A stretch of 63,567 bases of DNA, counting the filler, from Rhabdomonas costata (lineage: Eukaryota): assembly GCA_019059605.1 (NCBI GenBank). It is 47 parts of 47 records of this genome, joined end to end, with 100 filler letters (N's around TTAATTAATTAA, not from the genome) between each part and the next. Parts side by side here need not be neighbours in the genome. Positions count along the whole stretch, not along the records: positions 9,495 to 10,750 come from JAHMHO010021711.1; positions 10,851 to 12,106 come from JAHMHO010021712.1; positions 12,207 to 13,462 come from JAHMHO010021713.1; positions 13,563 to 14,818 come from JAHMHO010021714.1; positions 14,919 to 16,167 come from JAHMHO010021715.1; positions 16,268 to 17,523 come from JAHMHO010021716.1; positions 17,624 to 18,864 come from JAHMHO010021717.1; positions 18,965 to 20,220 come from JAHMHO010021718.1; 39 more parts are not named here. One strand, 5' to 3'. Under the pieces are notes generated by a model, which was given only the letters and a program-made list of their open reading frames with translations, was not told where the DNA came from and did not search any database. How positions within the stretch are numbered: position 1 is the first letter of the stretch; every line of letters starts with the position of its first letter. The position numbers were made by a program, and so were the translations under genes. Positions 10,607-22,365 of the stretch are shown one piece after another.

Positions 10607-13600
10607 CTGAACGGATAAGGAAAACAGCATATCCCACTGCATGTAAACCACAAGCACCACACCGTGTGCTTAAGAAAATAAAGGTGACAAGAACGGGCAC
10701 AATTTTTAACTCTAAAAAGACTTGCGGCGGCAGGAGGCTCCCCCCCCCCANNNNNNNNNNNNNNNNNNNNNNNNNNNNNNNNNNNNNNNNNNNNTTAATT
10801 AATTAANNNNNNNNNNNNNNNNNNNNNNNNNNNNNNNNNNNNNNNNNNNNCTGATCGATCAGCGCACTTTTGGCAGCACGGCAACCGATCATTCCTCAAG
10901 TATCAGAAGTTTGTGCTTATGCTTATCGGAACGCCCGCTCAAAAAGCCCTCTCAGCGAGGGCTGCGCTTTCGGCTCGGATGAGAGAAACTACCACAAACA
11001 CAGCCGTGGCCTCCCTCAGTGCACACAGACCTTTTTACGGCCCCTCAGGCTCGGAAAATTGGCAAAGCTTTCTGTTTGGAAAGTGCTGTGGGGAGGGGGT
11101 TGAGCAGTGGTGAACCTGTGCACAGTACCATCAAAAGCACACCGTTAGCAGAATATTAAGTATTCAGTAGCACGGGCTATTCGCATTATCAATGCCTGTG
11201 CTCAAGAAACAAGATATAAAACCCGAGGCAATGTGTTTGCTCCATATTTCCAGAGGGTCTCCGTATTTCCCCTGCGGCCTGCAGCATGAAAGCTTCAGTA
11301 GTACGGGCTTTCGACTTGCCCGTGGCGCCTGTGGGGTGGCAGAGCGGGCGGCTTGTTTTGGTTCCGTGAAGTGTTGACCTCTCTGAAAGTTCCGCAACCC
11401 TAGCGGCAAAATAGGTCTTAGTGATGGCAGATACTGCCCTCAATCGGACTTCTGCGCTCCGATAAGTCCACACGAGGGAGGCGGGGGGACGCTGCGCTGT
11501 CAAAGAGCGCTGTAAAACCGACTCAAATGGGACTGTGTTGGGATTCGGGCTATGCCACATTGCAAAGTCGCACTTCCTCGGAAAAACGACAGTGAGAAAA
11601 GGGAATCCACACACTCACTTCCATCCGTCCGTTGGAACGATGTTAGTGGAGGAGGGCGATAGATCATGAGGGTATGTCTGTGCCCTTTACTGGTAGGAGG
11701 CCGTGATCTGCACCCTCGTGGTGACAGATTGTGTGCTGGAAGGTGGGTGCAGTGGTGTCCTCCCGCTGCGTTCTGTGCTCGATGTGCCGTGGAGGGTTAC
11801 CGTGACCGAGCGCATCGTGGCAGCGGTGAGCCAGGGAGGCCGCCCGAATGGAAGACCGTTTGATCCAAAGGCAAAGGGACCGTACAAGAGCCCGCGACGT
11901 TGAACAAACCGACAAGTCACCGTAGAGAAGGATGGAAACGTTAGCCTTTGAATGTGACTCATTAATTGCTTTTTGATACGGCCCCTTCTCACGTCACGTT
12001 CATCTCGTTATTCACCATACCTTCACCTACCCACCCCCCGCACACTGTGGACTCCTAACCAGACACACACGCACATTCATGCGAGTGTGCCCGCTCCCCA
12101 ACCCACNNNNNNNNNNNNNNNNNNNNNNNNNNNNNNNNNNNNNNNNNNNNTTAATTAATTAANNNNNNNNNNNNNNNNNNNNNNNNNNNNNNNNNNNNNN
12201 NNNNNNGGTGGGGGGGTTGTTGGTGCGTAGAGTTAGTGTGTCGGAGTCAACCATGGCGAGTCTGTGTCTAAGGTTCCTGTGCTGTGCTTGCGTCGTAGGA
12301 TGTGTCTGTGCTTCGTGCTTGTTGTTGGTTTGACGTTGGTGCTTTGCGTAGGGTGTGTTGTTGTTCCTGTTGTTGTTTGTGGTCAAGGCGTTGGTGTGGT
12401 CGTTACGTTATTTGTGCTGGTGTCGTGCTGTGCTATTGGTGGGTCATGCTGTGGTTGTCGAGGCGTTAGTGGTGTCGTGTTTGGCATTCCTGGTGGTGTT
12501 CCTGTCTCCTCTTACCCATCTCACTCTTATTTTATGCATGCTTCTGTGTCGTTCGCTGTGTCTGCTGTTGGTGTCTCGGCTTCTGTCTCCGGTTCTGTCT
12601 CCTCTTCTTACCCATGTCACTCTGATGCTATGCGTTCCCATGCTGTTCGTGTTCCTGTTGTGTGTGTCGGCAATGTTGGTGCTCTGGACGTTGAGTGTGC
12701 TGCTACTGGTGATGCTTGGTGTGTGGTTCGACCTTTGCAGATGTGTGACTCTTGCTTCCTTGTGCCCTTGACCTTGTGTGTTGGTGATGTTGCCTCTGCT
12801 GCCTCTATGCCTTCTGTGTCTCATGCTGTTTTCGTGTCTCCATCAACCATCTCAGGGTGTCATTGTGTCGAAGGATGTCGTAATGGCTTGTTGTGTGCGG
12901 GATGTTTTCACGGTTGTGTCATGGCTACGGTGTCTGCAAGTCGATGGTTTGAGTGAGTCGGAGGGTTGCGTGTGTTGGGTTCAGAGTTGGAGGGTGAGAG
13001 GTTGAGTGAAGATCGGTGCTGTGACGCTAACCCAACCAGCGGCCATTCCTACCACTCCGAAACAGGGCGTAAGAGTGACGCTAACCCTTCCACTACCAGC
13101 ACTCCTCCCACGCTAAAGGTGAAGGGCAGTGGTGGAGATACGCGCTGTATTTACGTGGTCCTTTCTTCTACGCAGAATCCCACCCCCACCCTTATGCTAA
13201 CCCTTTCTCTTACCCTGATGCCTGTTCCTACTGCTATTCCGGCGCTAATCCTGATGCAAGCTGTGATGTTGGGTGTTTCGAGGGCTTGAGTTTTGAGGTG
13301 GTGAGTTAGAAGCGTAGGGAGACAAGATGGCTTCCCTTCCCGTTGCTCGGCAAACCCTTTTTGTTACCAATGCCTGGTAGCCACTTGCTCCCTGCTATCA
13401 GATTACAGGTCTCTAAGGTCTACCATCCCAACCCCTCCCATCCCTTCCCCTTCCCCACAAACNNNNNNNNNNNNNNNNNNNNNNNNNNNNNNNNNNNNNN
13501 NNNNNNTTAATTAATTAANNNNNNNNNNNNNNNNNNNNNNNNNNNNNNNNNNNNNNNNNNNNGTGGGGGTTGGAAATGTACGATTTCGATTACTGGCTAC

Positions 13601-14100
13601 CTCATGGGGCATAGCAGGCAGTACGCAAGAGACAGGGCTGTGTTACACGTTACACTATTCGATTATTGGCCGATGAGGATGACAGGAGAAGACGAGAGGA
13701 CACGCCCAAGCAATCACGGGAAAGGGCCCGCAGTCCCTCATACATGGCTGGAAAAGGGACAACGGGCAAAAGGCAAAGGGCACCATGGTCAAACAAAAAT
13801 CGATGCTGGGGAGCATCCCTTGCCATGGCACTGGAAGCCGACGGGCACGGGTATATACTGAAGTATGCTCACATCTTGGAAGGGTAGGAGAAAAAAGGGA
13901 GGGAAGGGAGCGGTGTGGGCCACACTCAATCAGAATTTTGCGGGGAGAGGGGAACTGTGAGTGAGAGGAGAAAGGGAACACAAACACAAACGCCTTACCG
14001 CGCGTGGAAAGAAGACAGATGATGGCGGCGAGGTGCGGCACTTGGCAGAGCCCCGCACTGAAACAGCTTTGGCAATGCGCCGCCTTCTCCCAGCGTGCGG

Positions 14101-14818
14101 TTTATAATATCCATATTGATATATTTCTTTAATATGTTTAATTTTATATTCTGTTTGTGATGATGAAAATATAATAATTTCTTTTGTATTATCTGTTTTT
14201 ACAATATGTAAGAATATATTCCATTTATTGTCATTAATAACAAGTTTATCTTTGTATATATCAATTGTAGGATATCCTGATACAAAAATCCATGATGATA
14301 TATCAATATTAAAATGTTTTGTCACTAAATCTACAAAATCTTTGGATGTTATTGTCTTATATTGATATTTTGATATATAGTCATTTAGGCATGAAATTAA
14401 TTTATTTTCAGAATAATTATATAACATAAATAAAATACATGCTCCTTTATTATATGTTATATCATCAAATATAATATCAATATTTGATATATCATTTATA
14501 TATAAAGAATGAGTATTTATATCGATGTCAAATGTTCGTAACAATATTTTATTTACAAATGAATTAAATATAATATCTTTATTTTCTATTTTATATAAAA
14601 TATAATAAGACATGAATGTTGCAAATGATTCTTTTAACCACATATCATTAAAATTGTACATAGTTACGATATTACCAAACCAATGATGTATTACTTCATG
14701 TATTATAACAGTCTTATTTTCAAAATCCATATTTTCTAAGACTTCATGTCTAAATGATATAAGACCGAAATTTTCCATTGCAAGAGGTTTTAATTTGTGT
14801 AATGAAACAAAATCCCTC
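14101..14818 (-). CDS. Peptidase M1 (aminopeptidase N-like) fragment, intronless, about 20% GC, foreign to the surrounding DNA
   Basis: The frame is open from the contig edge. It contains DFVSLHKLKPLAMENFGL (GAMEN-like motif), HEVIHHWFGNIVT...WLKESFA (HEXXH-X18-E zinc site) and FDDITYNKGA (catalytic Tyr motif). The ORF tail past 14100 runs into unrelated GC-rich DNA. Confidence 0.93.
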
Positions 14819-15199
14819 NNNNNNNNNNNNNNNNNNNNNNNNNNNNNNNNNNNNNNNNNNNNTTAATTAATTAANNNNNNNNNNNNNNNNNNNNNNNNNN
14901 NNNNNNNNNNNNNNNNNNACTTTGAACACTGGACTTGTTGTTGTGGTCAAAATAGTATGTTGCCCATTGTTTGGTTAGTCAGTTAACAGCATTTTGTGAT
15001 CCCTGTCGTCTTTTTGTCGTCGCTATCGTCTTTTGGGTTCTCGATGAGGCTTGTCGTCTAGATTCGCCAATAATAAATAGCGACAAGTTGGACATCAAAA
15101 TTTTCTGGTTGACAGCTTTGACGCGCCTCAGCGAACGTGGTGAATTGTGCTTGCTGTTGTTGGCCTTAACGTTTTTTGCCAACGTGTTGCGTTGATGGC

Positions 15200-16120
15200 T
15201 TACATTTCCTGGTTAAATGCATTCCTGGACTGTTAGAATGCACGCCAGATGCGAAATGGGGCCACGATCCGAGGGTCCATTCCACCGGACCGTGTCGGAA
15301 CTGTGCACTGCATCCAATGCACGTCGGGAACGCAGCGCAGAAGATAAGTGACTTTGCAGGTGCTGAGGCACTACCGGAAAAGGGCGGATGCCACCTGAGC
15401 ATCCTTCACAGTGGTAATAGCGCGCTTGGAGAAAGACTGTCACCGAGGCGGTCTTTCAGAAAGGGCAGCCAAGGCCAACGTCATGAAACCAAGGGGTCAC
15501 CTTATTGAACGCCTCCTCCGATGACAAATTCTGGTCTTCGGTGTACAGAGCAGAGCAAGGACACATTGTGAAGGCTACATTGTGAAGGTGAGGTTCTGTG
15601 CAGCTTCTTCCCAGAGTTGCGTCCATTCATGACATAGCCGGAGAGAGCGCCCGACGCGCTTCGGTGCTACCAGTACTGCTTTCGGGAGTATGTACAGCAG
15701 CACAAAGGGTTGCTCCTCGGCTGGGTGGGCGACACACCAGAGGGTCCGCGCTCCCCGCGCACTGCCCCGTGGAACATGCTCAAGGGTGGGAATGCCGGAC
15801 CGAAGGATGGTTTCTGGGGAAGGCAACAGAAATGCAGGTGGACTTACCCCGGAGGAGATTTACAACACAACTTCGTCAGATGCCACTGGAACATCAGGGT
15901 TATTCCGGGGAGGAGCAATGGCTTCCGGATGGCGGAGCCCACAGGAGCCCGGGAATCAGCGACAAGATTCCAGCTGCGGGGGCATACCCACCGCTTTGCG
16001 AATGCGAGGAAGTCCTCCGGTGGAAGAGCGCGTGCAGTGAGGTGGACACGGTTGACATGCCTGAACTGAGACTGCGTGCTTTTCCAACCTGCGAAGGACT
16101 CCGCAGCAACATGAAGCAAA
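15200..16120 (-). mobile_element. Decayed non-LTR retrotransposon fragment, CRE/R2-group-like, region upstream of the RT domain
   Basis: Motifs occur in order across frameshifts: GWKSTQS..RHVNRVHL....PPEDFL....RWVCPR (Zn-finger-like), ILRSGIPTLEHVPRG, LYILPKAVL, EWTQLWEEA, MLRWHP, DAVHS...NGPSD....HL (like V..AI.SFP.GS..GP.GLRP.HL). Recognised from recalled CRE-like ORFs. Confidence 0.55.
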
Positions 16121-17734
16121 GCAGCAAGAATCAAATTGGCAATACACTTCACAGTGAACAAACCACCNNNNNNNNNNNNNNNNNNNNNNNNNNNNNNNNN
16201 NNNNNNNNNNNTTAATTAATTAANNNNNNNNNNNNNNNNNNNNNNNNNNNNNNNNNNNNNNNNNNNNTTGTTGTTTGCAGGAGGTGTGGGGGTGTGCTTG
16301 CAGTGTGCAGGAAAAGTGCGAATGGAAGAATGGGAATATTGCGATTTTTTTAAGAGCCAAGTTGGTATTTCGAAACCCTCGGAAAAGAAATATTGGGTGG
16401 AAGATATTGGTGTGGAAGATGATACCGCTTTGAAATGCCTGTGCACCGCACACTTGCACATACACGCTCAAGTACGTACCCACACAAAGGTCCTCTTCTC
16501 GTACTGCAACCGGGAGTTCCTTTGTGGGCAATACCGAAAACAGCTTCTTCTTCAAGACATACTCAGGTCACCAACCCCGTCTCTTCAGTCCGTTACGTTG
16601 CTTCCTTTTCTTGGCGAGGTTTCGACCATGTCTTGTGCAGCTGCTATACGTTGGTTTGGGTTTGGACTAAGGCATAGCCTTGCTGATTTGATGCATGATC
16701 TTCCCGCTCGGGTTACTCAGCTCGAGAGCCGACTTGATGGGGTTCCAAGAGATGGGCCGGAGCTTCTTTCGAAGGCACTTTGGGCCCGTGCTGCTGCACC
16801 ACGGCTACGACGGGATTCTCGTGGAGAAGACTGGAAACGTGCGCGAAGGCATGCACCCCTTCTCTTCCCCACCCAATGCTTTCTTACAGGAAAGACACCG
16901 GGGGGCACTCATTGTTTTGCGTTGTGACGGCGAAGCATACAAAGGCCTCCCGAGACTCTGCGGGTCCAGTCCACCCGGATTCGCGTGCTCCTGGCTTTTT
17001 TCTCTTGCGCTGATTCTCGCCAAACGCAGCGGAGGGTGTGGTCACTCACAGCCTGTTTACAAAAAAAGTGTGGCCTGCCCGCGACGGCGCAACTGGCATA
17101 TGTATCGATTTTCTCAGAAGTGGGGTGGGTTTGCTGTCCACACTTGTTTCCAAACTCCCGCCCTCGTCTTTTGTTGTCTTTGGGCAGGGGTGGCCCTTGT
17201 ATGGAGGACGCAGCGGTTCCGCTTGGTCACGCACGTCGCGCTATCGGTTTCCGAGGTGATCGAGAAGGAGGCACACAAAGAGCTCCATAAGGTTTCTAAC
17301 TGGTGGTTTGGGAACAAATTATTCCCACACACGTGTACAGGTCCCATACATCCGATTCGACATGCTGCGGAACCTATGTATTGATGTGTGCTCATTGGAA
17401 ATGGAAATGGAAATTGGGGATTGGGGCACTCAAGAACTTCATTTTTCTGGTCCCCCACCCCCTTCCCACAAGGCCCTGGAAGAGCAGTATGGGGAGAGCG
17501 GCAAGGCCACGCTGGAGGTGCTTNNNNNNNNNNNNNNNNNNNNNNNNNNNNNNNNNNNNNNNNNNNNTTAATTAATTAANNNNNNNNNNNNNNNNNNNNN
17601 NNNNNNNNNNNNNNNNNNNNNNNGATTCACGCGGTGGAACCAAGAAAAGGTAGGGGGGAAAAGGTACGAGGTAGAAGGCAGGGGATTTCGTGGTTTTCAA
17701 GGTGAAGAAAGGAGAGAGTAGCCCAGGCAGCGAC

Positions 17735-18566
17735 CTCCTTGGCGAGCATGTCCAGGGAGATGGGGTCGATGCCCTTTTGGTTGATCACCACGAAGCCCTC
17801 GCCCTGGGTGCACACCTGGCGCTTCAAGGCGATAATCTTGTTGGTGTTTTCGTCGACGATCTTGAGGGAAGCAGGAAGGAAAGCAGGAGGAGGAGAAGAA
17901 GTTGTGCGAAAGGGGTGGAAAAGAGGAGGCTCACGGCCGAGGAACTCTCAAAGTGCGGGCCTCTGTGCGGCGCGTGGAGTAAGAAAACAAAACCAAAACC
18001 AAAAACCAAAACCCCGAACATGTTTACTAAATTTTGACACTTGCTGGCTTGATGCGGTTTGGGAGGCTTTGCAGCCAACCGTACCCCCCGTCCAACATGA
18101 GAGGGCTTTACTGAGGGAGGTGAAAATGAGCTTCAGTGGTTCAAAGGTTTTCTGCCCTCAGCCGCAAACTTAAGGGGGTTTGTTCCGCCCTTCTCTCTTC
18201 ACTGGATCACGCACGCTTTCTGGTATTGCTCAGCTCTCGATTACACACATAGTTTGTGCGCCCCTCGCCCGCTTTCGAGTTCCCCGTATACTTTCCTCCA
18301 TTCTCTCATTCCTTTTGATTGCTCCCCGCATTTATTGGTGCCCAGCACTGTGTCCATACTTGTACTGATACAATGCAAACAAATTGACAAGATGCAAGAC
18401 AAATTGAGAAGATGATATTATTATCACGCGACGCTCACTCTCTCTCACGCATGCCTTTCGCTCAGCTCGCAGCATTTTCTCCTTCTGCTGAGCGCTGTCA
18501 TAGCAAAACTCTGCGGCGATTTCCGCCTTCTCGTACTCCAAGGAGGCGTTGCAGGTGAGAACAAAC
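17735..18566 (-). CDS. CCT6: Chaperonin CCT zeta subunit; exons 18566-18455 and 17860-17735
   Basis: [54 protein letters not shown]...[20 protein letters not shown] is collinear with CCT6 (LTCNVSLEYEK...AERKFIEDRVKKIIELK...[14 protein letters not shown]). The 594-nt intron is GC...AAG. Confidence 0.95.
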
Positions 18567-21500
18567 CTAATGTTGGAAAACGAAAAACGGAACGGCTGCA
18601 CATAAAAGCAGTCGAAGTCTGATGGCGGGCAAAAAAAAAGGCTCGCTGTGCCCTTAAGCTGCACGGTGGGCAAGGCGGACGGGATGCCCACCACCGAACG
18701 CTGGATCATTCGCATTTACCCATTCAGTCGAAGCCGCCTAGGACAACCTTTGTTGAACAAAGTCAAAGATCACAGTTCGTCGCAACAATAGCTGGCCTTT
18801 AATTCGCGGACACTTCGCAGAAGCAGCCCCAGCGACTGTTTGGCTTGTCCCCCCCCCCCACAAANNNNNNNNNNNNNNNNNNNNNNNNNNNNNNNNNNNN
18901 NNNNNNNNTTAATTAATTAANNNNNNNNNNNNNNNNNNNNNNNNNNNNNNNNNNNNNNNNNNNNGGTTGGTGGGATAAATTGCCCATGTCGGGGCGAGGT
19001 TCTCAAATTGCTGTGTTCCAGTTTACTTCGGAAACTTTTGTTTCCCCGTCCAACGTCCAACAGCTTGGAGCTTGGGAAGCAATTCAAAACTTTCGCAAGC
19101 ACCAGCTGGACGTGAGGCTCGTTCACCATTGGGAAGGAGAGCGGCCATAGTGGTAAGGAACGGGGCGAAGAGAGGCAAGGTTCCAGCATCGGTGGCCAGC
19201 TGGGTGAGCGCATTTGGGCCCGAGACAGGAAAGAATTTCAGGTTACTCTGAATGGACACGGGAAAACTTCCCCGACTACCCCCAGGGCGCGGGGGGGGGG
19301 TACCGAAAAAAACGATTACACTCAAAAGTCAAAGAAAGGCGAAAAATAGAAACACACAGCTGAATTACCGAACGTTAGCAAGCGCTCATCAGTTGACGTT
19401 AAATCTCAGACTCGCTGAATACCACTTTCCACAACAGCCATAAAGTCACAACACATAACAAAGCTAACAAGGGAAGCGCTAGGACAAATGAGACGAATGC
19501 ACCTTCTCCACAATTTCCGTAGCTCGCTTGTCCGCATACTGATTGGTTTCAATGATGCTTGCGTTAACCTAAAAACGAACGGATGTGCACGCATGTGAAT
19601 ACAAACATCAAAGCTGATCCCATTACTGCGGCCATGTGGCGAGGTACCTTTTCCTCCACGGCAGAAGTTATTCTTTCCCTGAATTCAGTGCTCGACAGTA
19701 TTTGTTCAATCTGAAAACAAGAGCGACCACTGCGGCTGAAAGGCAAGCGCAAAACTGCATGCCGAATGGACGTGAAGACTATGGCTGCAACACGCATACG
19801 GCTGCTGTAGCTTTTGTTACCATAGAAAAGAATGAAACCATACCTTTTCCACGAGACTGCTGGAGAACGCTTCAAGGTGAGCTTGCATCTGCGGGGGACA
19901 AAATGCATGAAACACGCAGGAGCAGGAGGTTCTCACACCGAAATAAAGGCTATTAAAGTGAGATGAGTGTCAACTTGTTCACCAATTGCATTGACAAGGG
20001 AGATATCTCGGGTTGGGCAAAACCCCTTCCCTCATTACCACGAAAAACACCCCCCCACACACACACTCCCAGCCAGCCGAAGTGTAACTCCAAACTGCAA
20101 TTTGTTGGCATTTCCATCTCGGTTGCCTGCGCAGCCCGGGCAACACAAAGAACAAACGAGGCGCACCCAAATGTGCAATAGTGCCCCACCACCAAAAAAA
20201 TTAAGGAAGGACCACACACTNNNNNNNNNNNNNNNNNNNNNNNNNNNNNNNNNNNNNNNNNNNNTTAATTAATTAANNNNNNNNNNNNNNNNNNNNNNNN
20301 NNNNNNNNNNNNNNNNNNNNTGTGGGGGGTGTTAATGTGTAACGGCTTGCTTTTTTCCATTCGGTTCCTTCCTTCCCTCCTTCCTTGCGCTCTCTGGTCA
20401 AGGAAGTCTGTACAGGTCAGTTCTTATCCCCAGCAACTTCTGCAGAGAGTCCCTTATTGGCCTCCTCGTCCAAACTGTGAGCTTTTCCTGAGTTTTTCCG
20501 TCGGAATTGTAACTCCGTGATTGTGTGTAGGGGGGGTTCCTTCTTAATCATTCAGACCGAGCGGAATGGGAAAAAGACGACGTTTGCAGTGCAGAAGCGC
20601 AAGGTTCCCTCGCACTGCATTGGTCTGGTCGTGGGTGTTCTTGCTCAAGTGGAGGTTCCCTTCTCCAGGGGCGATGCGGATCCGCCTGGCAGGTGAGGGC
20701 GCACTCGCCTTTCCTGTGGCATTGGGCTGTATGGCTCACAAGAAGCCGAAAGTTTCGGTTTCGCTCCAAGACATGGAAGAAACATGCATAGGCACTGGGC
20801 ATGATGCGGCTCGAAAGTGCAGCGCCAACAGGGTTCCGATCAGGGAGTTTGTGTACTGTTTTCGATGCGATATTTTGGTGATGATATGGACTGGCTGTGG
20901 GAAACACCCATATATCCTGCGGGAATGGGCAAAGCGTCATTTTGCTAACATCAGTTTGAATATGCCTGTATCAGTACCCATTGCGTGTCCCTCATTCCCA
21001 TTTCCACGCAACTGATGTGCGTGGATATTGAGTGCTAAGACGGGAAGTTATAGTCCCGCTTGGTGACGATGAGTCATAGGAAATTAAAATGAAACTGTGT
21101 GTGTGTGGACTGTGGATACACTGCGGCCGTACACGTCGCGTTGTGGTGCTAGTTTGCTTCGTCGGTGAACCCCTTGTGCTCTCGCCTCATGTTTGCTCAT
21201 GACTGACGAAAGAGCAACCCTACAGAAAAGATATTTCAACAGTGGCTGTCATCCAAGGTGTTGGCGGATATGCCCTGAACACCACCAGAATTGTGCGAGT
21301 AACCGCAACTGCAAGAATTCCACAAGAACGCATTGTGCGAGTAAAGAAGCATACTCGTTCCTTGGGTGAGGTATGGGCCCATCGGGTCGATTAGCCGTTG
21401 GCAGCCATGGGCCATCGTTTTGTTGGTTTATGCCCCAACGACATTCAACTGAAGTGAGTCGAAGCCAATGACAACTGTTTTCTTTGGAACGGGAACGAGG

Positions 21501-22158
21501 GGCGCCCGACCTGCCACTCTGTATTAAGTAGACTCGTTTCTTTGCCCTTCAGTCCCTTACCGGAGCAAACCCACACNNNNNNNNNNNNNNNNNNNNNNNN
21601 NNNNNNNNNNNNNNNNNNNNTTAATTAATTAANNNNNNNNNNNNNNNNNNNNNNNNNNNNNNNNNNNNNNNNNNNNTGTGGGTGTGTTTGGTTGTTGTGG
21701 TAGGAATGTTTTTCGTTTGTGTGGGGGAAAGTTACTCGTGGTAAGAACTGCACGTCGATACGAAAAGGTTTCCCTCCCCACATCTAATAATAATATACAA
21801 ATTGATACAAAGTTGGACAGTGGACGCCTCTCCGTACTTTTTGGTGGTATTTTGGTTGTTTTTGTCATGTGTGGTGTCATCAAGAGATTATTCTGATTCT
21901 CTGATGACTCATCGAATCTGTGCAACCGCCAAGCCTTACATAATTATGGGAACGTCGCGTATGCCACGGGCGAAATGGAATGTAGTTCCGTTTTATTACC
22001 AAAATTAAAAAAATGCGAGGAATCCCACTATTCTAAAGTTTCGGGCACCGTCGAGAATTTGTGAACTCCCATCACCAGTATGGGATCTCCTTTGTGGATA
22101 CGCAAGTATCTGTTTATGAGTTTGCGTGCTTTGGAAAGTGTGGACCTTTTTTTTGCAG

Positions 22159-22365
22159 ACCGCAGGGGCCTTGGGGCTGCCCTCGCTGACCCTCGAGCCG
22201 ATCGCCGGCACAGGTATGGCCCCGTGCCGGACGCCCCCGACTGGGCTGCAGACCACGGGGTTCTCGCGGGCTCCGCGGCTGTGCACCGTGGCTTGCTTCG
22301 ATCTGACCGGGTTTTCCGCCCTGGCTGGGGCAAGGGACTTGGACAGGGTCAATGCGTTGTGCTCT
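22159..22365 (+). CDS. Possible class III nucleotide cyclase exon (start of catalytic domain)
   Basis: Acceptor TTTTGCAG|. RLCTVACFDLTGFSAL resembles the cyclase metal-binding strand (T.LF.DI.GFT.L). Only one motif is present. Confidence 0.4.

Noticed and set aside
12264-12956. Val/Cys/Leu-rich membrane-protein-like ORFs
   Set aside because: A-poor G/T low-complexity DNA lacks stop codons in several frames.
14101-14818. Mitochondrial origin of the AT-rich segment
   Set aside because: M1 peptidases are not mitochondrially encoded, and Trp is encoded by TGG throughout.
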